A model generated the notes under the pieces. The model was not told the DNA's origin and did no database searches. It saw nothing but the letters and a program-made list of their open reading frames with translations. Shown here piece after piece: positions 37,025 to 46,463 of a stretch of DNA of 64,000 bases (its first letter is position 1; each line of letters begins with the position of its first letter). A program made the position numbers and the translations under genes. Source of the DNA: Thermoplasmata archaeon (lineage in GTDB: Archaea > Thermoplasmatota > Thermoplasmata > Lutacidiplasmatales > UBA184); NCBI GenBank assembly GCA_021844945.1, contig JAKBSJ010000003.1, forward strand, positions 98,770 to 162,769, given 5' to 3'.

Positions 37025-37987
37025 ATGGCGACGACGCCCCCGATGGTTCGCTGTCCGCGGTGCGGAGCGGCGACCCCGGTCCCGGCCCATGCCCCCTCGT
37101 TCACGGTTTGGATCGCGTGCCCCCATTGCGGAGGTCCAGTGCCGATCGTCCCAGCACGGGCCGTCCCTCCTCGGTACACCTGGGAGGTGCACCCCGGGCT
37201 ATATCCCGTGCAGCCCTCCCTCCATCCCCCCCGCTTCCGCTGGCGCCGCCTCGTCGTAGCGGTGCTGATCCCCATCGTTCTCGTGGGGTTCGCGCTGGTC
37301 GGGATCACCGGCTATTACGACTACGGTCTCGGCCAGCCCGGGACGTTCGCGGTCTCGGGGACGGTTCTCGGAGCGGGCGGTAGTGCTCTGGCCGGGGCTC
37401 ACGTCGTGCTGGATAAAATTGTCAACGGGGTAGCCGTGCCCACTTCCACGTCCACGACCACCGAACTGGATGGGACGTTCGATTTTGCCGCGGGGGTGCC
37501 GACCGGATACCTCGTGTTCAATGTGACCGAGAGTGCGGGAGCGCTTTCGCCGTGGATCCTCGTCGTGAGCTACGTTTCCCCTTCCTACGATGCCGGCAGT
37601 ACCGGGATCGTCGTCTCGTTTGCCAACTCGGTGGCCGGGTCGAACCAAACGATCGACCTCAGCCCCTACGGCCTGTCCGCCATCGCCTACGTGCCCGACT
37701 ACGTCGGCAGCGCGGGAGCCATCGCGGGTATCGGCGCGCTGATCGCTCTCGGGGGCGCTATAGCAGTGCGGCGCGCGGATCGACCCGCGATGGGAATCGT
37801 CGGCGGAGCGGCCGGCCTCGGAATCTTCGCGGGATTCCTCGCGACCGGCGCGGGGTACGCGTTCCCGCTGCTCCTGCTCGTCTCCGCCGCAGGGGCGACC
37901 CTCGGCGCTTTCGGGTTCTCGATCGCGTGGATCGAGCTGATCCAGGTCCGCGAACGCGGGCGACCGCCCGGGCAGCGGGCCGGCTGA
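37025..37987 (+). CDS. Membrane protein with N-terminal zinc ribbon, extracytoplasmic beta-rich domain and C-terminal TM helices
   Basis: CPRCGA...CPHCGG, then a TM helix (LVVAVLIPIVLVGFALVGI). Next comes a CarboxypepD_reg-like segment (GTVLGAGGSALAGAHVVL...DGTFDF), followed by three or more hydrophobic helices. Confidence 0.6.
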   Translation: MATTPPMVRCPRCGAATPVPAHAPSFTVWIACPHCGGPVPIVPARAVPPRYTWEVHPGLYPVQPSLHPPRFRWRRLVVAVLIPIVLVGFALVGITGYYDYGLGQPGTFAVSGTVLGAGGSALAGAHVVLDKIVNGVAVPTSTSTTTELDGTFDFAAGVPTGYLVFNVTESAGALSPWILVVSYVSPSYDAGSTGIVVSFANSVAGSNQTIDLSPYGLSAIAYVPDYVGSAGAIAGIGALIALGGAIAVRRADRPAMGIVGGAAGLGIFAGFLATGAGYAFPLLLLVSAAGATLGAFGFSIAWIELIQVRERGRPPGQRAG

Positions 37988-37988
37988 A

Positions 37989-38447
37989 CTAGCTGCGGTC
38001 CGAGATCGGTCGCCGACCTTGGAAGCCGGAACCGAGCTGGTGGTAGAACGCGACTCGGTCCTCGCCGGTCTTCCAGCAGAGGTAGACGATCTCGCCGTTC
38101 CGTCGGGCGTAAAAGTCCACGAGCCCGCCCTCGAGATCCTTGATCTCGATCCCGTCGGCGCGCAGCTCCTCGATCGTCTCCTCGATCCGGCGGGACAGGG
38201 CGGCCCACTCCTGATCGAGACGATCCTTGTGACGACGGTCGGGAAGGTCCGACGCGTCGATCTCCGTTCCCCAGAGTCCGCGCAACCGGTGGAGTTCGGC
38301 ATGGACGACCCGCAGCCGTTCGACCCACACGCGCAGCTCGGGAATCAGCTCGGATAGCTCGCCGATCCGCTCGTTGGCCTGAGCGACGGTCCACAGCCGG
38401 ACCGCCCGCTGGCGGCCGACCTCGTCGGCCGACTCTCGCTTCGCCAT
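37989..38447 (-). CDS. DUF2203 family protein
   Basis: LWTVAQANERIGELSELIPEL...GIEIKDLEGGLVDFYARRNGEIVYLCWKTGEDRVAFYH matches the DUF2203 pattern. Confidence 0.6.
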   Translation of the reverse strand: MAKRESADEVGRQRAVRLWTVAQANERIGELSELIPELRVWVERLRVVHAELHRLRGLWGTEIDASDLPDRRHKDRLDQEWAALSRRIEETIEELRADGIEIKDLEGGLVDFYARRNGEIVYLCWKTGEDRVAFYHQLGSGFQGRRPISDRS

Positions 38448-38479
38448 CGTCCCTCCGGTACGTACGAATCCGGTTCTGA

Positions 38480-38487
38480 CTATATAC
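38480..38487 (-). promoter_or_regulatory. TATA-box-like element (minus strand gtatatag) upstream of the DUF2203 gene
   Basis: A/T-rich octamer roughly 35 nt upstream of ATG 38447, with a GGAGGG Shine-Dalgarno-like motif in between. Confidence 0.3.
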
Positions 38488-38513
38488 GGACCCGGTCGAA
38501 CGCGGGTAACCAG

Positions 38514-39758
38514 CTACGGGCCGGACGAACTATCCAGCGGAATCTCCCGAACGTTCCAACCCTTCTTGCGGTAGAGGCCGAGGACTTCGTTGGCGTGGGA
38601 GGCATCCCGCACTTCGAGATCGAGCTCGACCGTGACCTCACTGGGGGAGCGATCCGGGGCCTCGCGAGCGTGGCGGATGTGGCGGACGTTCGCCTGCGCC
38701 TCAGCCGCGGCGGCCAAAAAGGCGGCGAGCTGGCCCGGCACGTCCGATACCGGTGAGGACAGACGCAGCAGGCGGCCCTCCGCTGCAAGACCGATGAAGA
38801 GGATACGGTCGAGGACGAACGGATCGAGGTTGCCCCCGCTGATCACGACGACCACCGGGCCGTCCTGGGTCAATTCCGGATGGTCGAGGACCGCGGCCCA
38901 TCCGGCCGCACCGGCACCCTCCGCCAGGATCTTCGCCTTCTCGAGCAGTACGAACGAGGCTCGCGCGATGGCCCGGTCGTCGACCGCGATCGCGCGCGCT
39001 CGCGCCGCGCGCAGGATCCGAAAGGGCAGGTCCCCGATGTGCCGAGTCGCCAAGCCGTCGGCAAACGTGTTCGGGCGGGGGCCGATGATCACGCGCCCCG
39101 CTTCGAGCGAAGGCGCGAGATTCGACGCGCCGGTCGGTTGGACCCCGATGATCTCGGCGGACGAACCCGACCGGCGCACGGCGGAGGCAATGCCGGAAAG
39201 AAGACCGCCGCCCCCCACGCCCGCTACGATCCGAGCGACGTCCGGGAGATCCTCTCGGATCTCCTCGCCGATCGTCGCCTGCCCGGCGATGACCTGCGGA
39301 TCGTCGTACGGATGGACCAGGGTGCGTCCTCCCTCCTTCGCGAGCTCCACCGCGCGGTCGTACGCATCGTCGTAATCGCTCCCGAACAGCACGACCTCCG
39401 CTCCGAGCGCGCGCGTCGCGCTGACCTTGAGCGGGGAAGCGTGCGTGGCCATCACGATCGTCGCGGGGATGCCGAACCGGCGAGCGGCCCACGCGACCCC
39501 TTGTGCGTGGTTCCCCGCCGAAGCCGCAACGACCCCGCGGGCCCGATCCTCGGGAGCCAGGCTGGCAATCTTGTTCAGGGCGCCGCGGATCTTGAACGCG
39601 CCGGTCCGCTGGAGGTTCTCGAGCTTGAGGAAGACCGGGCCCGGTCCGATCCCGGGGACCTCGGGGGCGCGCACGAGCGGAGTGCGCACGACCTCGTCCT
39701 TGATGCGGCGACGAGCCCCCTCCACGTCGATCTCGGCCCACGGCTCTCGGTCGTTCAT
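38514..39758 (-). CDS. ilvA: Threonine ammonia-lyase (threonine dehydratase) with one C-terminal ACT-like domain
   Basis: PLP-Lys motif NLQRTGAFKIRGA, SAGNHAQG, GVGGGGL and a C-terminal regulatory domain. ATG 39758 (MNDREPW). Confidence 0.88.
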   Translation of the reverse strand: MNDREPWAEIDVEGARRRIKDEVVRTPLVRAPEVPGIGPGPVFLKLENLQRTGAFKIRGALNKIASLAPEDRARGVVAASAGNHAQGVAWAARRFGIPATIVMATHASPLKVSATRALGAEVVLFGSDYDDAYDRAVELAKEGGRTLVHPYDDPQVIAGQATIGEEIREDLPDVARIVAGVGGGGLLSGIASAVRRSGSSAEIIGVQPTGASNLAPSLEAGRVIIGPRPNTFADGLATRHIGDLPFRILRAARARAIAVDDRAIARASFVLLEKAKILAEGAGAAGWAAVLDHPELTQDGPVVVVISGGNLDPFVLDRILFIGLAAEGRLLRLSSPVSDVPGQLAAFLAAAAEAQANVRHIRHAREAPDRSPSEVTVELDLEVRDASHANEVLGLYRKKGWNVREIPLDSSSGP

Positions 39759-39928
39759 CGATCGCCCGCGTTCGGCAACCTCACGCGATCCTCGGACCAT
39801 GAGGATTGTGGCCGGATATTGCCGCGGCCGGCCCGCTCCGCTCTCTTCGCGCGCGTTCGAACCGCACACTCTCGCGCCGCCGAGAAATACGTCGGTTTCT
39901 CTCGGAACGGCACGCTTGCTCACCCAGA

Positions 39929-39938
39929 CATTAAATAG
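39929..39938 (+). promoter_or_regulatory. TATA-box-like element (cattaaatag) upstream of the ribosomal protein operon
   Basis: It lies roughly 50 nt upstream of the rpl3 ATG, with a GGAGG Shine-Dalgarno-like motif (39964-39968) in the implied leader. Confidence 0.4.
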
Positions 39939-39987
39939 GGCACCCTTTTCCCCGGCCCTCACTGGAGGCAGGACCCCTCATCGACCC

Positions 39988-40992
39988 ATGGCACGACGGC
40001 ATCGTCCCCGGCGAGGATCCCTCGCCTATTCACCCCGCGTCCGGGCCGCACGCCCACTTCCGCGGGTGCGTTCCTATCCTACGATCCACCCGAAGAGCCC
40101 GATCCTCGAAGGATTTGCCGGATACAAGGTCGGGATGAGCCACGCCTTCATCGTCGACTATCGAAAGCGGTCCACCACCGCGGGTCAGGAGCTCGCGATT
40201 CCGGTGACCGTCGTGGAGGTCCCACCGCTGCGCGTCGTCGGAGCCCGCCTCTACGACCGCAGCCCGTACGGCCTCCGAATCGCTTCCGAGGTCTGGGGTG
40301 CGAGCAATGCCCAGGATCTCGACCGACGGATTCCCCCCCACCCGGCGAGCCCGCCCGAGGCCCTCGCCGCGTTCGGCTCGACCCATGCCGCCGAGGTCCG
40401 CGTCATCGTCCACACGCAGCCGCAGTTCGTCACCGGCGTTCCGTCCAAGACCCCGACCCTGTTCGAGGTCCGCGTCGGGGGCGAGAAGTTCGAGGACCGG
40501 CGCGCCCACGCTCTCAAGCTCTTGGGACAGGAGCTGCGCGTCGACGAGCTCACCAAGCCGGGCGAGTTCCTGGATGTCCTCGGCGTCACGAAAGGATTCG
40601 GATTTCAGGGTCACATCCAGCGCTGGGGGGTCAAGCTCCAGCCGCGAAAGAACAGCAAGCATCGCCGGATGATCGGGACCTTAGGCCCCCACAACCCGAG
40701 CTTCGTGACCTACCGGATCCCCCAGGCGGGTCAGACCGGTTACCATCGCCGGACCCAGTTCAACATGAGGGTCCTCAAGGTCGTGAAGGACCCGCGGGCC
40801 GATCCGGTCACACCGGCGGGGGGGTTCCCCCATTACGGAGAGGTCCGCAGCCCGTGCCTCGTTCTGCACGGCTCGCTTCCCGGACCTTCCAAACGGCTCC
40901 TCCGATTCCGCACTCCGATCCGCAGCCGGGTCTCCGTCGTGGAGAACGTCGACCTGCGCTACTACAGCCTCCACTCGAAGCAGGGCGGATAG
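39988..40992 (+). CDS. rpl3: 50S ribosomal protein L3 (uL3)
   Basis: MARRHRPRRGSLAYSPRVRA, GFAGYKVGMSH, FQGHIQRWG. Confidence 0.95.
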   Translation: MARRHRPRRGSLAYSPRVRAARPLPRVRSYPTIHPKSPILEGFAGYKVGMSHAFIVDYRKRSTTAGQELAIPVTVVEVPPLRVVGARLYDRSPYGLRIASEVWGASNAQDLDRRIPPHPASPPEALAAFGSTHAAEVRVIVHTQPQFVTGVPSKTPTLFEVRVGGEKFEDRRAHALKLLGQELRVDELTKPGEFLDVLGVTKGFGFQGHIQRWGVKLQPRKNSKHRRMIGTLGPHNPSFVTYRIPQAGQTGYHRRTQFNMRVLKVVKDPRADPVTPAGGFPHYGEVRSPCLVLHGSLPGPSKRLLRFRTPIRSRVSVVENVDLRYYSLHSKQGG

Positions 40993-40996
40993 GGCC

Positions 40997-41827
40997 ATGG
41001 TCGCGGAATCCGAAGCGGCGCTTCCCGCGCCTAGCGAGCATCACACCCCGCACCACCGGGCCCGCGTGCTGGACCTTCAGGGAAAGGAGCAGGGGACGGT
41101 TGCGCTCCCTCGGGCCTTTTCGGAGACCGTCCGTCCGGATCTCATCCGCAAGGCCATCGACGTGGCCCAGTCGCACCGCCGCCAGCCGTACGGCTCGAGC
41201 CCGACCGGCGGCCGACGCCATTCGGTGGAGTGGTCCGGCAAGGGCCACGGCGTCGCTCGCACGCCCCGACTGATGGATTCCATGCGGGGGGCGCAAGCGC
41301 CGAACACCGTGGGAGGCGGGGCCGCCCACCCGCCGAAGGTCAATCGGATTTGGGCGAAGCGGATCAACACCAAGGAACGGCGCCTCGCGTTCGCCAGCGC
41401 GCTCGCCGCGACCCGCATCGTGCCACTGGCCCGGGCCCGCGGGCACGAGGTTCCCGAAGCCGCGCACCTCCCCATCGTAGTGACGGACCCGGTCGAGCAG
41501 ATTGCGACGAGCCGGGACGCCCGCGAACTGCTCGAGCATCTCGAGCTGTGGCCCGACGTTCGGCGCGCCCAGGATGGGACGCACGTCCGCGCCGGCCGCG
41601 GCAAGCGGCGGAACCGGGTGCGCCGCACTCCGCGCAGTCTTCTGATCGTTACCAGCGCGCCGCGCCGAGCGCTCGGTTTCCGCAATCTGGCCGGGGTCGA
41701 GGTCGTCACCGCGCATCGCCTCGCCACGGAGGACCTCGCTCCCGGCGGGGATCCGGGCCGCCTCACGATCTTCAGCCATGCCGCGATCGAGACGCTGCGC
41801 GAGCGCCTCGGCGAGGAGCGTCCATGA
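40997..41827 (+). CDS. rpl4: 50S ribosomal protein L4 (uL4)
   Basis: RRQPYGSSPTGG...GKGHGVARTPR motifs. An alternative GTG start is at 41066. Confidence 0.92.
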   Translation: MVAESEAALPAPSEHHTPHHRARVLDLQGKEQGTVALPRAFSETVRPDLIRKAIDVAQSHRRQPYGSSPTGGRRHSVEWSGKGHGVARTPRLMDSMRGAQAPNTVGGGAAHPPKVNRIWAKRINTKERRLAFASALAATRIVPLARARGHEVPEAAHLPIVVTDPVEQIATSRDARELLEHLELWPDVRRAQDGTHVRAGRGKRRNRVRRTPRSLLIVTSAPRRALGFRNLAGVEVVTAHRLATEDLAPGGDPGRLTIFSHAAIETLRERLGEERP

Positions 41828-42087
41828 CGGAGCTTCGCCACCGGATCTTGCTCCACGCCTACGTAACGGAGAAGTCGATGGATGAGATGGAGCGCTTGAA
41901 CAAGCTTGAGTTCGTCGTCGACCGGCGGGCGAACCGGGCCGAGGTCAAACGCGCGATCGAAGAGCTGTACAGCTGCAAGGTCGCCAAGGTCAACATGAAG
42001 ATCGTTCGCTCCGGCAAGATCGCTACGGTACGGTTCGCGAAGGACTATTCGGCCGAGGACATCGGGACCCGGGCCGGGGTGTTCTGA
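41824..42087 (+). CDS. rpl23: 50S ribosomal protein L23 (uL23)
   Basis: 87 aa; LHAYVTEKSM...LEFVVDRRANRAEVKRAIEELY. ATGA overlap with rpl4. Confidence 0.93.
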   Translation: MTELRHRILLHAYVTEKSMDEMERLNKLEFVVDRRANRAEVKRAIEELYSCKVAKVNMKIVRSGKIATVRFAKDYSAEDIGTRAGVF

Positions 42088-42818
42088 TGGGTAAACGCAT
42101 CATCTCCCGCCGGCGCGGAGCCGGCACCGGCCGCTACCGTTCCCCGAGCCACCGCCATCACGGCCCGATCTACCACCCGTCGCCCTCGGTCGTTGGGGAG
42201 GGAAAAGTCATCGGCATCGCCATGGCCCCCGGACGCACCGCGCCGGTGGCCGAGGTGCGCGGGCCGGACGGGAAGACCTACCGCACGCTCGCAATGGCGG
42301 GGATCGCCACCGGCGACACCGTGGCGCTCCATCAGGGCTCCATGGATCGAGGCTCGATCCTTGCGCTCGCCCACATCCCGGACGGGACTTTGGTCTCCAA
42401 CATCGAGGTAAAGCCGTTCGATGGCGGGCGGTTGGTCCGGGCCGCCGGTACGAGCGCCCTCGTGGTCGCTCACTCCGGCAAGGAGGTTACCCTCCAACTC
42501 CCGAGCGGCGCGTTCAAGGCGTTCCTCGACACGTGCCGCGCCCAGGTCGGCTCGGTCGCGGGGGGTGGCCGCACCGAGCGGCCCATCATCAAGGCCGGCA
42601 AGAAGTTCTGGGCGACCCGTTCCCTGGCCCGGGCGCCGTTCAAGGTCCGCGGGGTCGCGATGAACCCCGTCAACCACCCGTTCGGAGGCGGTGCGCATCA
42701 GCACGTCGGCCGCCCGAGCACCGTTTCGAGCGGGACGTGGCCGGGCGCGAAGGTCGGGCGGTTCTCTCGATCCCAACGCAAGAAGCGGCGGGCACGGACC
42801 ACCACCACAGTAGGGTAA
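42087..42818 (+). CDS. rpl2: 50S ribosomal protein L2 (uL2)
   Basis: GVAMNPVNHPFGGG signature. 243 aa. Confidence 0.96.
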   Translation: MGKRIISRRRGAGTGRYRSPSHRHHGPIYHPSPSVVGEGKVIGIAMAPGRTAPVAEVRGPDGKTYRTLAMAGIATGDTVALHQGSMDRGSILALAHIPDGTLVSNIEVKPFDGGRLVRAAGTSALVVAHSGKEVTLQLPSGAFKAFLDTCRAQVGSVAGGGRTERPIIKAGKKFWATRSLARAPFKVRGVAMNPVNHPFGGGAHQHVGRPSTVSSGTWPGAKVGRFSRSQRKKRRARTTTTVG

Positions 42819-42822
42819 ATCG

Positions 42823-43248
42823 ATGCCGAAGGGAAAGAAGGGTCGGAAGGTCGAGGGCCGGCGACGGCGGGAGTTCAGCTACCGCGGGCTGACGCTGGGC
42901 CGCCTGAAGGAGATGAGCCTCCCCGAGCTCGCCCAGGTCCTACCCGCGCGCGCGCGCCGCTCGATCCGCCGCGGGTTCACGGTCGAGGTCCAGCGCTTCC
43001 TGGAACGCATGCGCGAGACGTCGACCGACAAAGTCCTTCGGACGCACACCCGGGACGCGCTCATCCTGCCGGAGCACGTCGGGCGCCGCGTGGCGGTTCA
43101 CAACGGCAAGGAGTACAAGGAGATCGAGGTTCGGCCCGAGATGATCGGCCACTACTACGGCGAGTTCTCCCTGACCCGTCGGTTCGAGAAACACTCCGGC
43201 CCCGGTGTCGGTGCCACGCGATCGAGCAAGTTCATGCCACTCAAGTGA
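42823..43248 (+). CDS. rps19: 30S ribosomal protein S19 (uS19)
   Basis: HNGKEYKEIEVRPEMIGHYYGEFSLTRR. Confidence 0.95.
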   Translation: MPKGKKGRKVEGRRRREFSYRGLTLGRLKEMSLPELAQVLPARARRSIRRGFTVEVQRFLERMRETSTDKVLRTHTRDALILPEHVGRRVAVHNGKEYKEIEVRPEMIGHYYGEFSLTRRFEKHSGPGVGATRSSKFMPLK

Positions 43249-43268
43249 GGGGAAGGGAGAACCTATCG

Positions 43269-43727
43269 ATGAAGGGCTACACGTACCGGACGCAAACCGG
43301 CCGGGCCATCGCGCGCGCCCGAGGGGTCGAGCTGCCAATCTCCCCGAAGAAAAGCTATGAGGTACTCAACGCGATCCGTGGGCTTTCGCTCGATCGGGCG
43401 CGCAAGATCCTCGAAGACGCGGAGCAGCTCAAGAAAGCCATCCCGTTCCGCCGCTACAACCAGGAGACCGCCCACCACACGGGCGTCGGGCCGGGTCGCT
43501 TCCCAAAGAAGGTCGCGCACCAAGTCCTCCAGGTACTCAAGAACGCCGAGGCGAACGCGGAGTACGAAGGGCTCGACACCGACCGCCTGTACGTCCACGT
43601 CGCCGCTTCGAGCCGGGGACGCATCATCAAGGCCCGCATGCCCCGGGCCCACGGACGCGCGACGAACTGGAACGAGCAGACGACCCACATCGAGATCGTG
43701 CTCGCCGAGGAGAAGGAAGAAAAGTGA
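43269..43727 (+). CDS. rpl22: 50S ribosomal protein L22 (uL22)
   Basis: LPISPKKSYEVLNAIRG...RMPRAHGRATNWNEQTTHIEIVL. ATG 43269 is preceded by a GGGAAGGGAGA Shine-Dalgarno-like motif. An alternative GTG 43245 overlaps the rps19 stop. Confidence 0.92.
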   Translation: MKGYTYRTQTGRAIARARGVELPISPKKSYEVLNAIRGLSLDRARKILEDAEQLKKAIPFRRYNQETAHHTGVGPGRFPKKVAHQVLQVLKNAEANAEYEGLDTDRLYVHVAASSRGRIIKARMPRAHGRATNWNEQTTHIEIVLAEEKEEK

Positions 43728-44422
43728 GCGCCGAGCGCAAGGTCATCCAAGAAGCGACCCGACGCGTCCTGTTGAAGGACTTTCTCGTACGCGAAAGCGC
43801 CCGTGCCGGGTTCGGGGGCCTCGACATCCAACGCACGCCGATGGGGACGCGGGTCACGCTGATCTGCGAGCGCCCGGGCATCCTGATCGGGCGCCGCGGC
43901 GAGATCATCAAGCGCCTCACCGACGACATCCAGCACCGGTTCCAGCTCGACAACCCCCAAATCGAGGTGAAGGAGGAGCGCCAGCCGTCGCTGAACGCTC
44001 AGCTGATGGCGGAGAAGCTCGCGAGCACGCTCGAACGCGGCTGGCACTTCCGCCGGGCCGGGCACTCGACCGTTCGCCGTATCATGGAGAGCGGCGCGCG
44101 CGGTTGCCAGGTCATCCTCTCGGGGAAGCTGACCGGCGAACGCCACCGGACGGAGCGGTTCAAGGCGGGGACGATCAAGTACTGCGGAGATGGCGTTCGG
44201 CTGTTCATCGAGAAGGGATTCTACCAGGCTCGGCTCAAGCCCGGGGTCATCGGCGTCAACGTCTGGATCATGCGGCCGTCCGCCAAGCTGCCGGACGAGA
44301 TCAAGGTCAAAGGCGTCAGCGAGCGCCGCCCGGCCCCCGTGGAGATCGTCCCCCCGATCGAAGGGGACGAGGCGGTGGTGCCGATCATCGATATCCCCGC
44401 GGCGGAGGAGCCGCCTCCATGA
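43724..44422 (+). CDS. rps3: 30S ribosomal protein S3 (uS3)
   Basis: KH domain (ERPGILIGRRGEIIKRL) and uS3 C-terminal domain. GTGA overlap. Confidence 0.95.
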   Translation: MSAERKVIQEATRRVLLKDFLVRESARAGFGGLDIQRTPMGTRVTLICERPGILIGRRGEIIKRLTDDIQHRFQLDNPQIEVKEERQPSLNAQLMAEKLASTLERGWHFRRAGHSTVRRIMESGARGCQVILSGKLTGERHRTERFKAGTIKYCGDGVRLFIEKGFYQARLKPGVIGVNVWIMRPSAKLPDEIKVKGVSERRPAPVEIVPPIEGDEAVVPIIDIPAAEEPPP

Positions 44423-44649
44423 CGCTCCTGAGGATGAAGGAGCTCCGTGAGCTCAGCGACGATGACCTCCGACGGAAGATCGCCGATGCGGAGGGGAACC
44501 TCCTTCGGGAACGCGGCGTCGCCGCGATGGGCGGCGCACCGCCGAGCCCGGGCCGAATGCGGGCCTTGCGCACGAACGTCGCGCGGGCGCTGACGGTCCT
44601 CAACGAGCGCGAGCGGGCCTCGCGACGGGATCCATCGCCCGGCCCCTAG
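44419..44649 (+). CDS. rpl29: 50S ribosomal protein L29 (uL29)
   Basis: 76 aa; MKELRELSDDDLRRKIADAEGNL. ATGA overlap with rps3. Confidence 0.9.
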   Translation: MTLLRMKELRELSDDDLRRKIADAEGNLLRERGVAAMGGAPPSPGRMRALRTNVARALTVLNERERASRRDPSPGP

Positions 44650-44668
44650 GTGGGACCCGGCGCGAGAG

Positions 44669-45001
44669 ATGCGGAGACGGACGGTGTCGGATATTCGCGC
44701 GCTGCCGCCCGAACTGCGAGAGGCGCTCGCCGGTGAGCTCATCGGCGCTGGGATCGAGATAGCCCGGGCTCCCTCGCTCGGCTCCCGTCGCCTCGAGGGC
44801 ACCATCGTGGACGAGACCCAGGGAATGTTCCGGATCCGCTGCCGTCCGGACGACCGAACCATCTGGGTCGCCAAGGCCGGGCTCGAAGGGACGCTGCTCC
44901 TCGAGGACCGCGAGTTACCGTTAAGAGGGGATGTCCTTCGCATCCGTCCTCAGGACCGAACCAAGCGGTTGCTCCAGGCCGGTCCCAAGAGGGTACGATG
45001 A
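44669..45001 (+). CDS. rnp1: RNase P protein component 1 (Rpp29/Pop4 homologue)
   Basis: Its position between rpl29 and rps17 is typical of archaea. Sm-like core LIGAGIEIA...LEGTIVDETQGMFRI. Confidence 0.8.
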   Translation: MRRRTVSDIRALPPELREALAGELIGAGIEIARAPSLGSRRLEGTIVDETQGMFRIRCRPDDRTIWVAKAGLEGTLLLEDRELPLRGDVLRIRPQDRTKRLLQAGPKRVR

Positions 45002-45420
45002 GCGCTTCTGGACCATCGCGACGCGCCCGGGACATCGGTCTCGATGTCCGCGCCCCGCGCGCGAGCTGCGACGACCGACACTGTCCGTTCCATGGACGTC
45101 TGCCCGTCCGCGGACAAGTGATCGAGGGGACCGTCGTCTCGATCGCGATGCAGCATACGGCCGTCGTGGAGCGTACCCTTCTCACCTACGTGCCGAAGTT
45201 CGAACGCTATGAGAAACGTCGGCGTCGGTACCTCGCCCACGCCCCGCCGTGCCTCGCCGTGCCTACCGGACACCGGGTCCGCATCGCGGAAACCCGACCT
45301 CTTTCGAAGCTGGTCACGTTCTGCATCGTCGAGGACCTCGGCGAAGCGGCTCACCGCACGCTCGGCGAGGAGGCCCCGCCCCTCCCCGAGGCGGCTCCCC
45401 TGAAAACGGAGGCGGCATGA
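44998..45420 (+). CDS. rps17: 30S ribosomal protein S17 (uS17)
   Basis: [16 protein letters not shown]...[14 protein letters not shown]...[13 protein letters not shown] overlap. Confidence 0.94.
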   Translation: MSASGPSRRARDIGLDVRAPRASCDDRHCPFHGRLPVRGQVIEGTVVSIAMQHTAVVERTLLTYVPKFERYEKRRRRYLAHAPPCLAVPTGHRVRIAETRPLSKLVTFCIVEDLGEAAHRTLGEEAPPLPEAAPLKTEAA

Positions 45421-45815
45421 AGGGCCTCGCCGGTCGCCGCAGTCGAGGGCTGCCGAAGGGGGCCCGGCTCGAGTGTGTCGACAACACCGGCGCCAAGGTC
45501 GTGGAGATCATCGCTGTGCGTAACTGGCACGGCACCCACCGCCGCTACCCTCGCGCCGGCATCGCCGACCTCGTGATCGTCTCGGTGAAGAAAGGCACTC
45601 CCGAGATGCGCCGACAGGTGCTGCACGCGGTCATCGTCCGCAGCCGCGCACCGGTCCATCGACCGGACGGAACCCGCCTCGAGTTCGAGGATAACGCTGC
45701 GGTCATCACGACGGAGACCGGTGAGATCAAAGGCTCCCAGATCAAGGGGCCCGTTGCGAAAGAAGCGGCCGAGCGCTGGCCCCGGATCGCCGCGGCCTCG
45801 TCGATCATTCTGTAG
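45417..45815 (+). CDS. rpl14: 50S ribosomal protein L14 (uL14)
   Basis: [10 protein letters not shown]...[12 protein letters not shown]...FEDNAAV. ATGA overlap. Confidence 0.95.
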   Translation: MKGLAGRRSRGLPKGARLECVDNTGAKVVEIIAVRNWHGTHRRYPRAGIADLVIVSVKKGTPEMRRQVLHAVIVRSRAPVHRPDGTRLEFEDNAAVITTETGEIKGSQIKGPVAKEAAERWPRIAAASSIIL

Positions 45816-45830
45816 CCAAGAGGGTGGGCG

Positions 45831-46463
45831 ATGTCCGGTATCTCTCCCAGTTCCTCGCGCCGACAACGCAAGGCGCTGTACAACGCCCACACCGCGAAGC
45901 GGCGCCGGCTCATGTCGGTCCCCCTTTCGAAGGACCTGCGCGCTCGGTTCCACCGTCGCGCGCTGCCGCTCCGCAAGGGCGACACGGTCCGCATCCTCAA
46001 GGGAAGCTACGAGGGGCGGGAGGAGCGCGTCGCGAAGGTCGATCGCCGATCTCTCGCCGTCACCCTGGACAACGTTACGAGCAAGACGGGGGAGTCGAAG
46101 CAGACCCCGCTCCCCGTGCGAACGGGGAGCCTCGTGCTCGTCCACCTGAACCTGGCCGATCCCTGGCGTCGGCGCCGGCTCAACGTCACCGAGGCCGAGC
46201 TGACGCCCGAAGAACTGGGGGTCACGCCGACGCCCGAGGAGACCGAAGCTACCGCGCCGGTCACTCCGGCTCTTCCCCCGGCAACGTCGGAAGTGGCGGA
46301 GACCGCACCGACCCCGAAGGACGAGCCTACCCTCGAGGACCTCCTGGAGGACGACGAGGAAGAAGGGGAGGACGACGAAGAGGACGAACCGCCGGCGCCC
46401 CCGAAGGCCTCCGCGCCGACGAAGAAGGGCCGGAAGAGCCCCCCCTCGGGAGAACGCGCATGA
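45831..46463 (+). CDS. rpl24: 50S ribosomal protein L24 (uL24) with a roughly 90-aa Pro/Thr/acidic C-terminal extension
   Basis: KOW core LRKGDTVRILKGSYEGREERV lies within the first roughly 117 aa. It is followed by TPEELGVTPTPEETEATAP...LLEDDEEEGEDDEEDEPPAPPKASAPTKKGRK. Confidence 0.9.
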   Translation: MSGISPSSSRRQRKALYNAHTAKRRRLMSVPLSKDLRARFHRRALPLRKGDTVRILKGSYEGREERVAKVDRRSLAVTLDNVTSKTGESKQTPLPVRTGSLVLVHLNLADPWRRRRLNVTEAELTPEELGVTPTPEETEATAPVTPALPPATSEVAETAPTPKDEPTLEDLLEDDEEEGEDDEEDEPPAPPKASAPTKKGRKSPPSGERA

